This document shows positions 29,070 through 39,632 of a stretch of DNA of 64,000 nucleotides, piece after piece. Source of the stretch: Bacteroidales bacterium (GTDB taxonomy: Bacteria; Bacteroidota; Bacteroidia; Bacteroidales; VadinHA17); assembly GCA_030692905.1 (NCBI GenBank), contig JAUYBT010000085.1, forward strand, positions 100 to 64,099, written 5' to 3'. Each line of letters opens with the position of its first letter. The stretch's first letter is position 1. The position numbers were made by a program, and so were the translations under genes. The notes below the pieces were generated by a model. The model was not told the origin of the DNA. It did not search any database and saw nothing but the letters and a program-made list of their open reading frames with translations.

Positions 29070-29339
29070 ATGGCTAAGGAATCGATGATAGCCCGCGAAG
29101 TTAAACGCGCAAGACTGACTCAGAAATACGCTGCAAAAAGAGCCCAGCTGAAAGCCGATGGCGATTATATCGGATTAAGCCGCCTGCCCAGAAATTCAAA
29201 CCCTAACAGAATGCATAACCGTTGTAAAATAACGGGCCGTCCAAGAGGTTATATGAGACAATTTGGGATAAGCAGGATTACTTTCAGGGAAATGGCATCA
29301 TTCGGTCTTATTCCGGGTATAAAAAAAGCCAGTTGGTAA
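29070..29339 (+). CDS. rpsN: 30S ribosomal protein S14
   Basis: [16 protein letters not shown]...ASW is uS14. The ORF-track start at 29034 overlaps rplE and is rejected. Confidence 0.93.
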   Translation: MAKESMIAREVKRARLTQKYAAKRAQLKADGDYIGLSRLPRNSNPNRMHNRCKITGRPRGYMRQFGISRITFREMASFGLIPGIKKASW

Positions 29340-29376
29340 ATTGATAATAAATTTAAAATATATTAAAAAATAGAAG

Positions 29377-29775
29377 ATGACTGATCCAATTGCAGATTTA
29401 ATGACCAGAATAAGGAACGCCATAATGGCCGATCATAAGGTTGTGGAGGCACCAGCATCCAATCTTAAGAAAGAGGTTGCCAGAATTCTGTTTGAAAAAG
29501 GTTATATCCTCAGCTATAAGGTTATTGATGGTGAAGGACCGCAGGGAGTATTAAAAATTGCTCTTAAATATAATTCCAAGAGCAAAAAACCTGCAATAAA
29601 AGAAATACAGAGAGTCAGCCGCCCGGGCCTCCGTCAATACATTGGAGTTGACGAAATGCCAAGGGTGCTTAACGGACTGGGTATTGCAATTATTTCAACC
29701 TCTAAAGGCTTAATGACCGACAAAGAGGCAAAAAAAGAGAAAATTGGTGGTGAAGTATTATGTTATGTTTACTAA
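29377..29775 (+). CDS. rpsH: 30S ribosomal protein S8
   Basis: MTDPIADLMTRIRNA... is uS8. Confidence 0.97.
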   Translation: MTDPIADLMTRIRNAIMADHKVVEAPASNLKKEVARILFEKGYILSYKVIDGEGPQGVLKIALKYNSKSKKPAIKEIQRVSRPGLRQYIGVDEMPRVLNGLGIAIISTSKGLMTDKEAKKEKIGGEVLCYVY

Positions 29776-29791
29776 TTAGGAGGATAGCTTA

Positions 29792-30346
29792 ATGTCACGA
29801 ATAGGAAAATTACCTGTAAACCTGCCTAAAGGCGTTACTGTAAATGTCAGTGACACTAATGTGGTTAGTGTGAAAGGCCCCTTGGGTGAGTTGACCCAGG
29901 TGGTCGACAAAGACCTGAAGGTGGAAGTGGTGGGGAACGAAATCATATTATCGAGACCATCAGAATCAAAAAATCATAAGTCGTTGCATGGTCTTTACCG
30001 GGCACTACTCCACAATATGGTTGTTGGTGTTTCTGAAGGATACAGGAAGTATCTTGAACTTGTCGGAGTTGGTTACCGGGCAGAAGCAAAAGGACAAATC
30101 CTTGAGATGAGCCTTGGCTTTTCACACGAAATAAATATTATGCTTCCGAATGAGGTTAAGGTAGAAACCAAAACTGAAAGAAGGAGTAATCCTATTATTA
30201 CTCTGTCATCCATCGACAAGCAACTTATCGGGCATGTTGCTGCAAAGATCAGATCTCTCCGCCCACCCGAACCTTACAAAGGAAAAGGGATCAAGTTTGT
30301 TGGAGAACAGCTTAGAAGGAAGGCTGGGAAATCTGCTAGTGTTTAG
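29792..30346 (+). CDS. rplF: 50S ribosomal protein L6
   Basis: MSRIGKLPVNLPKGV... is uL6. Confidence 0.97.
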   Translation: MSRIGKLPVNLPKGVTVNVSDTNVVSVKGPLGELTQVVDKDLKVEVVGNEIILSRPSESKNHKSLHGLYRALLHNMVVGVSEGYRKYLELVGVGYRAEAKGQILEMSLGFSHEINIMLPNEVKVETKTERRSNPIITLSSIDKQLIGHVAAKIRSLRPPEPYKGKGIKFVGEQLRRKAGKSASV

Positions 30347-30430
30347 GGTGTGTAATAAAACATGGATAGATAGTTGAAAAATAAAAAAAATATTAAGGGA
30401 TAAATAATAGGTAAGACTATTACACACCCT
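30345..30430. repeat. 13-bp perfect inverted repeat spanning the rplF stop and the rplF-rplR spacer
   Basis: AGGGTGTGTAATA (30345-30357) and TATTACACACCCT (30418-30430) flank a 60-nt A-rich loop. Confidence 0.8.
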
Positions 30431-30453
30431 TAATCTGGTAAAAGTAAAAAATC

Positions 30454-30813
30454 ATGGCCTTAACCAAGTTGGAAAGAAGAACAAGGATCAAAATGAGGAT
30501 CCGGAAAAAAATAAATGGTACTGCAGAAGCTCCAAGGCTTGCAGTTTACCGTAGCAATAAACAGATTTATGTTCAGGTTGTTGACGACCTGAATGGTGTT
30601 ACTCTTCTGTCGGCCTGCTCTAAAGAAAAAGAGATTGCAGCCAAAACAGGGATAAAGAAAATTGAACAGGCTAAACTTGTAGGAAAGCTTCTTGCTACCA
30701 AATGCAAAGAAAAGGGTATTGAGAAAGTCGTTTTCGACAGAAGCGGATATAAATATCATGGCAGAGTAAAATCATTGGCTGATGCAGCCCGCGAAGGCGG
30801 ATTAAAATTCTAA
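30454..30813 (+). CDS. rplR: 50S ribosomal protein L18
   Basis: Translation matches uL18. Confidence 0.95.
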   Translation: MALTKLERRTRIKMRIRKKINGTAEAPRLAVYRSNKQIYVQVVDDLNGVTLLSACSKEKEIAAKTGIKKIEQAKLVGKLLATKCKEKGIEKVVFDRSGYKYHGRVKSLADAAREGGLKF

Positions 30814-30819
30814 TGAATT

Positions 30820-31335
30820 ATGGGAAACGGTATAAGAAAAGTTAAAACCAGCGATCTCGAACTTAAGGATAGACTTGTTAGCATCCAGAGAGTAACCAAA
30901 GTTACCAAAGGGGGACGTACATTCAGTTTTTCAGCTATTGTTGTAGTTGGAAATGAGGACGGTATAGTCGGACATGGTCTCGGTAAAGCAAGTGAGGTAA
31001 CCACAGCTATTGCAAAAGGTATTGAAGATGCCAAAAAAAATCTGATAAAAGTACCTGTTATCAATGGAACAATACCTCACGAACAGGTTGCTAAATTCGG
31101 CGGTGCAAAAGTATTCATCAAACCTGCATCTGAAGGTACTGGTGTTAAGGCAGGGGGAGCTATGCGTGCTGTTCTTGAGAGCGTCGGTGTGAAAAATGTA
31201 CTCGCAAAGTCAAAAGGTTCATCAAACCCTCACAACCTTGTGAAAGCAACTTTTGCAGCTCTTCTCGAAATGAGAGACGCCTTCTCAGTTGCTGAACACA
31301 GGGGTGTTACAATGGAAAAAGTTTTTAACGGTTAG
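30820..31335 (+). CDS. rpsE: 30S ribosomal protein S5
   Basis: Translation matches uS5 (...[14 protein letters not shown]...). Confidence 0.97.
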   Translation: MGNGIRKVKTSDLELKDRLVSIQRVTKVTKGGRTFSFSAIVVVGNEDGIVGHGLGKASEVTTAIAKGIEDAKKNLIKVPVINGTIPHEQVAKFGGAKVFIKPASEGTGVKAGGAMRAVLESVGVKNVLAKSKGSSNPHNLVKATFAALLEMRDAFSVAEHRGVTMEKVFNG

Positions 31336-31349
31336 AAGAGAACATTAAA

Positions 31350-31529
31350 ATGGCAAAAATTCGTATCACCCAGGTGAAAAGTAAAAACGGAAAACCCGAA
31401 AGGCAGAAAAGAACTATTGAAGCTCTCGGTATTCGTAAATTAAACCATAGTGTTGAACATGAAGCTACTCCCCAGATATTAGGAATGGTGGTAAAAGTAA
31501 GACACCTGGTTAAAGTTGAAAACATTTAA
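31350..31529 (+). CDS. rpmD: 50S ribosomal protein L30
   Basis: My own translation gives MAKIRITQVKSKNGKPERQKRTIEALGIRKLNHSVEHEATPQILGMVVKVRHLVKVENI (59 aa, TAA at 31527-31529). It is below the ORF-track length cutoff and sits in the expected slot between rpsE and rplO. Confidence 0.92.
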   Translation: MAKIRITQVKSKNGKPERQKRTIEALGIRKLNHSVEHEATPQILGMVVKVRHLVKVENI

Positions 31530-31558
31530 GGTATTAAACATATTTATAATTCAAAGTT

Positions 31559-32005
31559 ATGGATTTGAGTAACTTAAGACCTGCTAAAGGATCAATTAAA
31601 AAAAGTAAGCGTCTTGGCCGCGGACAAGGCTCCGGAAAAGGAGGCACATCGACAAGGGGGCATAAAGGCGCTAAATCCAGATCAGGTTATAGCAAGAAAA
31701 TCGGATTTGAAGGCGGCCAGATGCCTCTTCAGAGACGTGTTCCAAAATTTGGTTTTAAAAATATCAACCGCAAAGAGTTTAAAGGTATCAATATCAGTAC
31801 CCTTCAAAGCCTTGCGGAACAGAATAATTTGGAAATAATCGATTTTGAAGTACTTGTAATGGCCGGACTGGTTTCTAAAAATGCTTCGGTTAAAATCCTG
31901 GGTAAGGGAACTCTTGAAAGAAAACTTGAAGTTCATGCTCATGCCTTTAGTAAATCTGCTGTAGAAGCAATTGAAGCCAAGATGGGAACCGCTGTAAAAC
32001 TGTAA
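31559..32005 (+). CDS. rplO: 50S ribosomal protein L15
   Basis: Translation matches uL15. Confidence 0.95.
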   Translation: MDLSNLRPAKGSIKKSKRLGRGQGSGKGGTSTRGHKGAKSRSGYSKKIGFEGGQMPLQRRVPKFGFKNINRKEFKGINISTLQSLAEQNNLEIIDFEVLVMAGLVSKNASVKILGKGTLERKLEVHAHAFSKSAVEAIEAKMGTAVKL

Positions 32006-32009
32006 TTTA

Positions 32010-33338
32010 ATGAGACTGATTCAGACTATAAAAAATATCTTTAAGATAGAAGATCTTCGCGCAAGGCTAATCTATACTTTTGGAATTATTTTATTATACA
32101 GATTGGGTAAATATGTTACCCTCCCGGGTATTGATCCATCAATGCTTTCGGGACTTAAAAACCAGACCTCTTCAGGTATAATGGGTCTGCTCGATATGTT
32201 CTCTGGAGGAGCTTTTTCACAGGCTTCAATTTTTGCACTCGGGATCATGCCTTACATCTCTGCTTCCATTGTAGTACAGTTACTAGGTATTGTTTTCCCT
32301 TATTTCCAGAAATTGCAGAAAGAGGGCGAGAGCGGAAGACGCAAAATGAATCAGTACACAAGGTATCTCACAGTTTTAATTCTTATTCTTCAGGCACCAA
32401 CCTACCTTCTCAACCTTAATAATATCCTTGTTCCCGAAGCATTCGTTTCAACAGGGTTTTTCTTCAAGTTTTCATCTGTTGTAATTCTGACAGCCGGAAC
32501 AATGTTTGTTATGTGGCTGGGAGAAAAGATAACTGATAAGGGTATCGGGAACGGAATTTCCCTTATAATAATGATAGGTATCGTTGCCCGTATGCCTGCA
32601 AACTTCATTTTTGAAGCAGGAACAAGGATGAACGGCGCAGGCGGTGCCATTGCCCTTATAGTTGAGATATTATTTTTGTTTATTGTTGTTCTTGGTACAA
32701 TCCTTCTTGTTCAGGGGACGCGGCGGGTTCCTGTTCAGTATGCCAGAAGGATCATTGGAAATAAACAATATGGCGGGGTGCGTCAGTATATACCACTTAA
32801 GGTAAATGCTGCCGGAGTAATGCCGATCATTTTTGCCCAGGCAATTATGATGCTTCCTATTATTATCGCCGGCTACGCTAGTTCTGGTTCAGGCTTTGTT
32901 GTTGCCTTCTCGAATATGTACGGATTCTGGTATAACCTGGTAACTGCAATATTAATTATTGTCTTTACCTATTTCTACACTGCAATTACCATTAATCCTG
33001 TGCAAATGGCAGAAGATATGAAGAAAAACGGAGGGTTTATTCCTGGAATTAAACCCGGAAGGAAAACAGTGGAATTTCTCGATACAATCATGTCGAGGAT
33101 CACATTACCCGGTTCAATTTTCCTGGCAATTGTTGCCATCTTGCCCTCTGTAGCAGTGAAAGCACAAGTAACGCCACAATTTGCACAATTTTATGGAGGC
33201 ACATCACTTCTCATTCTTGTAGGGGTTGTTCTTGACACGCTTCAACAGATTGAAAGTCACTTGCTTATGCGTCATTACGATGGGTTGATGAAGTCAGGTC
33301 GTATTAAAGGAAGATCAGGCTCTGTTACATCGATATAA
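32010..33338 (+). CDS. secY: preprotein translocase subunit SecY
   Basis: A 442-aa, 10-TM protein at the conserved position after rplO. Confidence 0.97.
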   Translation: MRLIQTIKNIFKIEDLRARLIYTFGIILLYRLGKYVTLPGIDPSMLSGLKNQTSSGIMGLLDMFSGGAFSQASIFALGIMPYISASIVVQLLGIVFPYFQKLQKEGESGRRKMNQYTRYLTVLILILQAPTYLLNLNNILVPEAFVSTGFFFKFSSVVILTAGTMFVMWLGEKITDKGIGNGISLIIMIGIVARMPANFIFEAGTRMNGAGGAIALIVEILFLFIVVLGTILLVQGTRRVPVQYARRIIGNKQYGGVRQYIPLKVNAAGVMPIIFAQAIMMLPIIIAGYASSGSGFVVAFSNMYGFWYNLVTAILIIVFTYFYTAITINPVQMAEDMKKNGGFIPGIKPGRKTVEFLDTIMSRITLPGSIFLAIVAILPSVAVKAQVTPQFAQFYGGTSLLILVGVVLDTLQQIESHLLMRHYDGLMKSGRIKGRSGSVTSI

Positions 33339-33356
33339 TTAGTTTAGCGTTCTTTG

Positions 33357-34133
33357 ATGTTGTATTTAAAGACTGATGAAGAGGTCGGGTTGTTAAAAGA
33401 GAGCAATATGCTGGTGTCGCGAACACTTGCGGAGATTGCTTCAATAATCAGACCCGGGATCACTACTCTTTATCTCGATAAATTAGCCGAATCGTTTATC
33501 CGCGATAATGGTGCGACTCCGGCTTTCAAGGGATATGGTGGTTTTCCGAATGCACTCTGCACATCTGTAAACGATGAAGTGGTTCACGGTATCCCATCGG
33601 ACTATATCCTTAAAGAGGGCGATATAATATCAATCGATTGCGGAGTGATATTAAACGGGTGGTATGGTGACAGTGCATATACTTTCCCCGTCGGTGAGAT
33701 AAAGGAAGAGGTAAGGCGCCTGCTCGATTATACCAGGGCCGCACTTGAGGAAGGGGTTAAAGAAGCTGTTGCCGGAAACAGGGTTGGAGATATCTCTTTC
33801 GCAGTACAAACCAAAGCAGAAAACGGAGGTTATTCTGTTGTCAGAGAACTCGTAGGACATGGAATTGGCAGGAAATTGCATGAACAACCTGAAGTACCTA
33901 ATTACGGTAAGCAGGGAACCGGACCAAAGATGGAAAAAGGACTTGTTATTTGCATCGAACCTATGATTAATGCCGGGAAAAAAGAGACATTGCAAATGAA
34001 AGACGGGTGGACCATTAAGACAGTTGACGGTAAGCCTTCGGCACATTTTGAATATGCTGTTGTTGTTGATAAGGGGAATGCAGATGTATTAACAACTTTT
34101 GAATTTATAGAAAAAGTTTTAAATAAAATGTAA
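33357..34133 (+). CDS. map: type I methionine aminopeptidase
   Basis: Metal-ligand motifs (DCG, GDSA, VGHGIG, IEP) are present. ATG at 33357 is preferred over the TTG at 33354. Confidence 0.93.
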   Translation: MLYLKTDEEVGLLKESNMLVSRTLAEIASIIRPGITTLYLDKLAESFIRDNGATPAFKGYGGFPNALCTSVNDEVVHGIPSDYILKEGDIISIDCGVILNGWYGDSAYTFPVGEIKEEVRRLLDYTRAALEEGVKEAVAGNRVGDISFAVQTKAENGGYSVVRELVGHGIGRKLHEQPEVPNYGKQGTGPKMEKGLVICIEPMINAGKKETLQMKDGWTIKTVDGKPSAHFEYAVVVDKGNADVLTTFEFIEKVLNKM

Positions 34134-34137
34134 TCGT

Positions 34138-34356
34138 ATGGCTAAACAACCATCAATTGAGCAGGACGGTACTATCATCGAAGCCCTTTCTAATGCAATG
34201 TTCAGGGTGGAACTCGAAAATGGTCACGTTATTACTGCACATATCTCGGGGAAGATGAGAATGCATTATATAAAGATCTTGCCGGGCGATAAAGTAAAGG
34301 TGGAAATGTCACCATATGATTTAACAAAAGGAAGAATAACATTCAGGTATAAATAA
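34138..34356 (+). CDS. infA: translation initiation factor IF-1
   Basis: Translation matches IF-1 (...[19 protein letters not shown]...). Confidence 0.97.
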   Translation: MAKQPSIEQDGTIIEALSNAMFRVELENGHVITAHISGKMRMHYIKILPGDKVKVEMSPYDLTKGRITFRYK

Positions 34357-34370
34357 GAAATATTAAGGTA

Positions 34371-34487
34371 ATGAAAGTAAGAGCATCTGTAAAAAAGCGC
34401 AGTTCTGATTGTAAGATAGTCAAACGAAAAGGTCGCATTTACGTTATTAATAAGAAAAATCCCAAGTTCAAACAGAGACAGGGATAA
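34371..34487 (+). CDS. rpmJ: 50S ribosomal protein L36
   Basis: My own translation gives [38 protein letters not shown] (38 aa, TAA at 34485-34487). It is absent from the ORF track because of its length. Confidence 0.92.
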   Translation: MKVRASVKKRSSDCKIVKRKGRIYVINKKNPKFKQRQG

Positions 34488-34526
34488 TTTTAACTAATTT
34501 TGCACATCATTTAAGAAAAGTTTTAT

Positions 34527-34904
34527 ATGGCACGTATTGTTGGTGTAGATTTACCAAGAAATAAAAGAGGCGAAGTTGGACTGACTTACATCTACGGAGT
34601 AGGCAGAAGCATTGCTCAAAAAGTACTCGATGAGGCTGGCGTTGACAGGAATGCTAAGGTCGAAGAGTGGAATGATGAACAGATCAATTCCATCCGGAGG
34701 ATTCTGAACGATAATTATAAGCTTGAAGGTGAACTCCGCTCTGAGACACAAATGAACATAAAGAGGCTTATGGATATTGGCTGCTACCGGGGTGTTCGTC
34801 ACAGAATAGGTCTTCCTGTAAGAGGACAGAGCACTAAGAATAACGCCAGAACCCGGAAAGGGAGAAAGAAAACTGTTGCAAACAAGAAAAAAGCTACTAA
34901 ATAA
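34527..34904 (+). CDS. rpsM: 30S ribosomal protein S13
   Basis: [14 protein letters not shown]... is uS13. Confidence 0.97.
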   Translation: MARIVGVDLPRNKRGEVGLTYIYGVGRSIAQKVLDEAGVDRNAKVEEWNDEQINSIRRILNDNYKLEGELRSETQMNIKRLMDIGCYRGVRHRIGLPVRGQSTKNNARTRKGRKKTVANKKKATK

Positions 34905-34911
34905 ATAGATT

Positions 34912-35301
34912 ATGGCAAAGAAGACTGGAGCATTAAAGAAGAGGGTCGTTAAGGTTGAACCTTCAGGTCATGCACATGTTCATTCATCATTTAATAATAT
35001 TATTGTTACTCTGACAAATAATTCAGGTCAGGTAATTTCATGGGCATCAGCAGGGAAGATGGGATTCAAAGGTTCCAAGAAAAATACACCTTATGCTGCT
35101 CAAATGGCATCTGAGGAATGTGGCAAAGTGGCTTATGATCTTGGATTAAGAAAAGTGAAGGTGTTTGTTAAAGGTCCGGGTGCCGGTCGTGAATCAGCAA
35201 TCAGGTCAATAAGCAATACCGGAATCGAAGTTACTGAAATCGTTGACGTAACACCAATGCCTCATAACGGTTGCCGTGCTCCCGGAAGAAGAAGAGTATA
35301 A
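34912..35301 (+). CDS. rpsK: 30S ribosomal protein S11
   Basis: Translation matches uS11. Confidence 0.97.
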   Translation: MAKKTGALKKRVVKVEPSGHAHVHSSFNNIIVTLTNNSGQVISWASAGKMGFKGSKKNTPYAAQMASEECGKVAYDLGLRKVKVFVKGPGAGRESAIRSISNTGIEVTEIVDVTPMPHNGCRAPGRRRV

Positions 35302-35346
35302 GAAATTATAGAATTGATTATTTGTAAGTTATAAATTTATAGCACA

Positions 35347-35955
35347 ATGGCAAGATATACTGGCCCAAAAACAAGAATAGCAAGAAAATTCGGCGAACCT
35401 ATTTTCGGTCCCGATAAACACCTGGAAAGGAAAAATTTCCCTCCGGGGCAGCATGGAATGAACAAAAAGAGGAAAAAGACTTCAGAATATGGTGTTCAAC
35501 TCAGGGAAAAGCAGAAAGCAAAATATACATATGGTATGCTCGAGCGTCAGTTTCGCAATACTTTTGAGAAAGCCTCAAGAAGTAAAGGCGTTACAGGCGA
35601 AGTGCTGTTGCAACTGCTTGAAGCTCGACTCGATAACGTAGTTTACCGTCTGGGTGTTGCTCCGACAAGAGCAAGCGCACGTCAGCTCGTTTCACACAGG
35701 CACATAACCGTTAACGGAACCGTAGTAAACATTCCTTCATGCCAGCTAAAACCAGGTGATATTATCGGCGTTCGCGAGAAATCAAAATCTCTTGAGTCAA
35801 TCGCTGATTCACTTACAACAAGGAAGTATACAAAACTTTCATGGCTAGAGTGGGATGACACACAAATGGCAGGTAAATTTATGAACGTGCCTGAACGTAC
35901 TGATATTCCTGAAAACATTAAGGAACAACTGATAGTTGAATTGTATTCTAAATAA
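35347..35955 (+). CDS. rpsD: 30S ribosomal protein S4
   Basis: [17 protein letters not shown]... is uS4. Confidence 0.97.
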   Translation: MARYTGPKTRIARKFGEPIFGPDKHLERKNFPPGQHGMNKKRKKTSEYGVQLREKQKAKYTYGMLERQFRNTFEKASRSKGVTGEVLLQLLEARLDNVVYRLGVAPTRASARQLVSHRHITVNGTVVNIPSCQLKPGDIIGVREKSKSLESIADSLTTRKYTKLSWLEWDDTQMAGKFMNVPERTDIPENIKEQLIVELYSK

Positions 35956-35973
35956 TAATCTAAGATAAATTCT

Positions 35974-36966
35974 ATGGCCATTTTATCATTCCAGAAGCCT
36001 GATAAAGTAATAATGCTGGAAGCGGACAACAATCACGGAAAATTCGAATTCCGTCCGCTTGAACCTGGCTATGGTATTACTGTCGGCAATGCACTGAGAA
36101 GAATCCTTCTCTCTTCGCTTGAGGGTTTTGCCATCACAACGGTTAAGATTGAGGGCATAGACCATGAGTTCTCTACCATAACCGGTGTAATAGAGGACGT
36201 AACCGAGATTATACTGAACCTGAAACAGGTGCGCTTTAAGAGGACAGTTGACGATGTTGATCATGAAAAAATCACAATTAAAGTCAGTGGTCAGGAGATT
36301 TTTAAAGCTGGTAACCTTAATAATGCTCTGAGCAGCTTTGAGGTGTTAAATACCGAACTGGTTATCTTCAGAATGGAACCGGATGTTAAAATGCAAATAG
36401 AACTTACTGTTAATAAAGGCAGAGGTTATGTCCCGGCAGAAGAAAACCAACCGGTTGACAGTGAGTTTGGACTTATCGCTATTGATGCTATTTTTACTCC
36501 TATCAGGAACGTAAAATATACGGTTGAAAATTATCGTGTTGAGCAAAAAACTGACTATGAGAAACTTCTTTTTGAGATCGAAACCGACGGATCAATTCAC
36601 CCGAAAGATGCTCTTAAAGAAGCGGCAAAAATTCTTATTTATCACTTTATGCTCTTCTCCGATGAGAAGATTACCCTCGATTCGGATGATAAAATGGCAA
36701 ATGAGGAGTTTGATGAGGAAATATTGCATATGAGACAGTTGCTGAAGACAAAACTGATCGACCTTGACCTTTCTGTAAGAGCACTTAACTGTCTTAAAGC
36801 TGCAGAAGTTGAAACACTTGGTGACCTGGTGAAGTTTAATAAGAATGACCTTCTTAAATTCAGAAACTTTGGCAAGAAATCACTTACTGAGCTTGATGAG
36901 TTGCTAGAATCCATGAGCCTTTCTTTTGGAATGGATGTAAGCAAGTATAAGTTAGAGAAAGATTAA
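35974..36966 (+). CDS. rpoA: DNA-directed RNA polymerase subunit alpha
   Basis: A 330-aa protein with N-terminal dimerisation domains and a C-terminal alpha-CTD ([20 protein letters not shown]). Confidence 0.97.
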   Translation: MAILSFQKPDKVIMLEADNNHGKFEFRPLEPGYGITVGNALRRILLSSLEGFAITTVKIEGIDHEFSTITGVIEDVTEIILNLKQVRFKRTVDDVDHEKITIKVSGQEIFKAGNLNNALSSFEVLNTELVIFRMEPDVKMQIELTVNKGRGYVPAEENQPVDSEFGLIAIDAIFTPIRNVKYTVENYRVEQKTDYEKLLFEIETDGSIHPKDALKEAAKILIYHFMLFSDEKITLDSDDKMANEEFDEEILHMRQLLKTKLIDLDLSVRALNCLKAAEVETLGDLVKFNKNDLLKFRNFGKKSLTELDELLESMSLSFGMDVSKYKLEKD

Positions 36967-36994
36967 TTTGAAAACTGGTTAAGGAAATAGAGAA

Positions 36995-37537
36995 ATGCGA
37001 CATTCAAGAGTTATTAACCATTTAGGAAGAACAAGTTCACACAGGAAAGCGATGCTTGCGAACATGGCTACATCACTTATCCTTCATAAAAGGATTACTA
37101 CCACAACAGCCAAAGCGAAAGCACTTCGTACCTTTGTTGAACCTCTTATTACTAAATCGAAAGAAGATTCAACACACTCAAGGAGAGTGGTATTCAGTTA
37201 TTTGAAAGATAAGACTGCAGTTACTGAATTGTTCAGAGAGGTATCCCCAAAAATAGCTGAGCGCCCGGGTGGATATACACGTATATTGAAAATCGGCAAC
37301 AGAATAGGTGATAATGCAGATATGTGCATTCTCGAACTTGTTGATTACAACGAAGCTATGCTCGGTGGAGAAGTTGCAAAAACTAAAACAACAAGAAGAA
37401 GAAGAACACCTAAGAAAAAAGATGAGGCAGTAGTTGAGACAAAAGCTCCTAAAAATGTTAAAGGGAAAGCTGTAAAGACTGAAGAACCCATAGCAAAGGT
37501 TGAAAAAACCATCGGGGAATCAGTTCCAGAAAAATAA
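36995..37537 (+). CDS. rplQ: 50S ribosomal protein L17
   Basis: [24 protein letters not shown]... is bL17, here with a Lys/Glu-rich C-terminal extension. Confidence 0.95.
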   Translation: MRHSRVINHLGRTSSHRKAMLANMATSLILHKRITTTTAKAKALRTFVEPLITKSKEDSTHSRRVVFSYLKDKTAVTELFREVSPKIAERPGGYTRILKIGNRIGDNADMCILELVDYNEAMLGGEVAKTKTTRRRRTPKKKDEAVVETKAPKNVKGKAVKTEEPIAKVEKTIGESVPEK

Positions 37538-37565
37538 AAAAATGTTTAAATAAATATTTAAAAGG

Positions 37566-37602
37566 AAAGGGATAGGTCAGTAAAGACTTAATCCCTTTTT
37601 TT
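37566..37602 (+). terminator. intrinsic terminator after rplQ
   Basis: An 8-bp stem AAAGGGAT/ATCCCTTT (37566-37573 / 37591-37598) runs into a T-tract. Confidence 0.6.
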
Positions 37603-37634
37603 GTATATTGCATAATTGTTTAATATTAAAATAA

Positions 37635-38918
<1,284 letters not shown>

Positions 38919-38951
38919 TCTTAAATTACCCATCTAATCTCGCTTTCCGAC

Positions 38952-38981
38952 GTTATTAACAAATGTTGATAACTTTTGTTT
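38952..38981 (+). terminator. intrinsic terminator after eno
   Basis: A 9-bp stem GTTATTAAC/GTTGATAAC (one G-U pair) with an AAAT loop, followed by TTTTGTTT. Confidence 0.6.
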
Positions 38982-39035
38982 AAATCGGGTTTATAACAAC
39001 GGAGATAATTTTATTGTTTTTCAATATTCTTAGTA

Positions 39036-39043
39036 TAAATTTG
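39036..39043 (+). promoter_or_regulatory. Bacteroidota -7 promoter box (TAAATTTG) of the ORF-less unit
   Basis: Exact TAnnTTTG match downstream of the eno terminator. No CDS follows it for about 590 nt. Confidence 0.45.
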
Positions 39044-39049
39044 ATTCAT

Positions 39050-39545
39050 CAGGTGAGCGATAAAAGACTGCTCAAAAGATGTGGAAACGGAAAAGGTTAC
39101 TTAAATGAAGCAAGATCCGTTTCGGTCAGACCCTCGGGTCTGCGCATCAAGAGAGCCGAAACCCGGACTAAAAGGACTTCGCGTCCCGGATGTTCAGTAA
39201 GTCAACGAAAACCGGAAACGTTCTTTCAGCGATTGAGTCACAGGGCTTCAGAATATGAAGGGCTTCGGCCCCGGGTTAACTGAAACTGATGTCATATCCT
39301 TCGGGAAATGCGCAACAGAGCCTGAAAGACACTTCGTCCCGGAAGTCCGCCTTAAAACGGACAAAAGGACAGCCGGAAGGTTCTGCTGTAACAGGCAAAA
39401 CCCGAAAGCCATGGGTTGCATAAACAGATCTTGTATCCGATTAAGCAGCCGGTCAGAATAACAGTAATCTGACATCGTTAGCAGCCTCGGCTGAAAACGG
39501 TGAGTGGGAACTAATCCTAGCGAATAGTTCCCATTATTGTTTTTA
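39050..39545 (+). ncRNA. candidate large structured non-coding RNA (unclassified)
   Basis: It has its own -7 box and its own terminator. It is GC-enriched relative to its flanks and has no credible ORF. It holds many short hairpins with cUUCGg (39260-39271, 39293-39310), CUCG (39127-39142, 39482-39493) and GGAA (39373-39380) loops, joined by recurring A-rich linker motifs. Confidence 0.6.
39506..39545 (+). terminator. intrinsic terminator of the candidate ncRNA
   Basis: A 7-bp GC-rich stem GGGAACT/AGTTCCC (39506-39512 / 39526-39532) is followed by ATTATTGTTTTT. Confidence 0.65.
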
Positions 39546-39603
39546 TATTATCCCATCTTTCCTGTTTTTAACCAATTTCTACAACTCATATTGGCTTATT
39601 GAA

Positions 39604-39611
39604 TATCTTTG
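39604..39611 (+). promoter_or_regulatory. Bacteroidota -7 promoter box (TATCTTTG) for the UbiD-family gene
   Basis: Exact TAnnTTTG match 22 nt upstream of the ATG at 39633. Confidence 0.4.
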
Positions 39612-39632
39612 ACTTTCACTTTAATATTTACA

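Noticed and set aside
39014-39475. Three ORF-track entries (39014-39283 +, 39255-39461 +, 39248-39475 -) inside the eno/UbiD intergenic region
   Set aside because: They overlap one another in different frames and strands. Their translations are Arg/Ser/Pro/Lys-rich with no domain-like pattern, and they coincide with dense tetraloop hairpins. I treat the region as non-coding RNA rather than CDS.
39050-39545. Identification of the structured RNA as RNase P RNA, tmRNA, SRP RNA, cobalamin riboswitch or ORF-less group II intron
   Set aside because: For RNase P, neither strand has GAGGAAAGUCCGGGC paired with ACAGAAnCCGGCUUA; only a partial AGTCCGGG occurs on the minus strand without its partner. 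For tmRNA there is no tRNA-like ...UCCACCA 3' end or ...YALAA tag frame. For SRP, the CC-GGAA-GG loop lacks the flanking SRP symmetric-loop AGCA. For the cobalamin riboswitch there is no GCCACUG B12 box. For group II introns there is no GUGYG 5' end or domain V. These are checks by eye, and a covariance-model search is still required.
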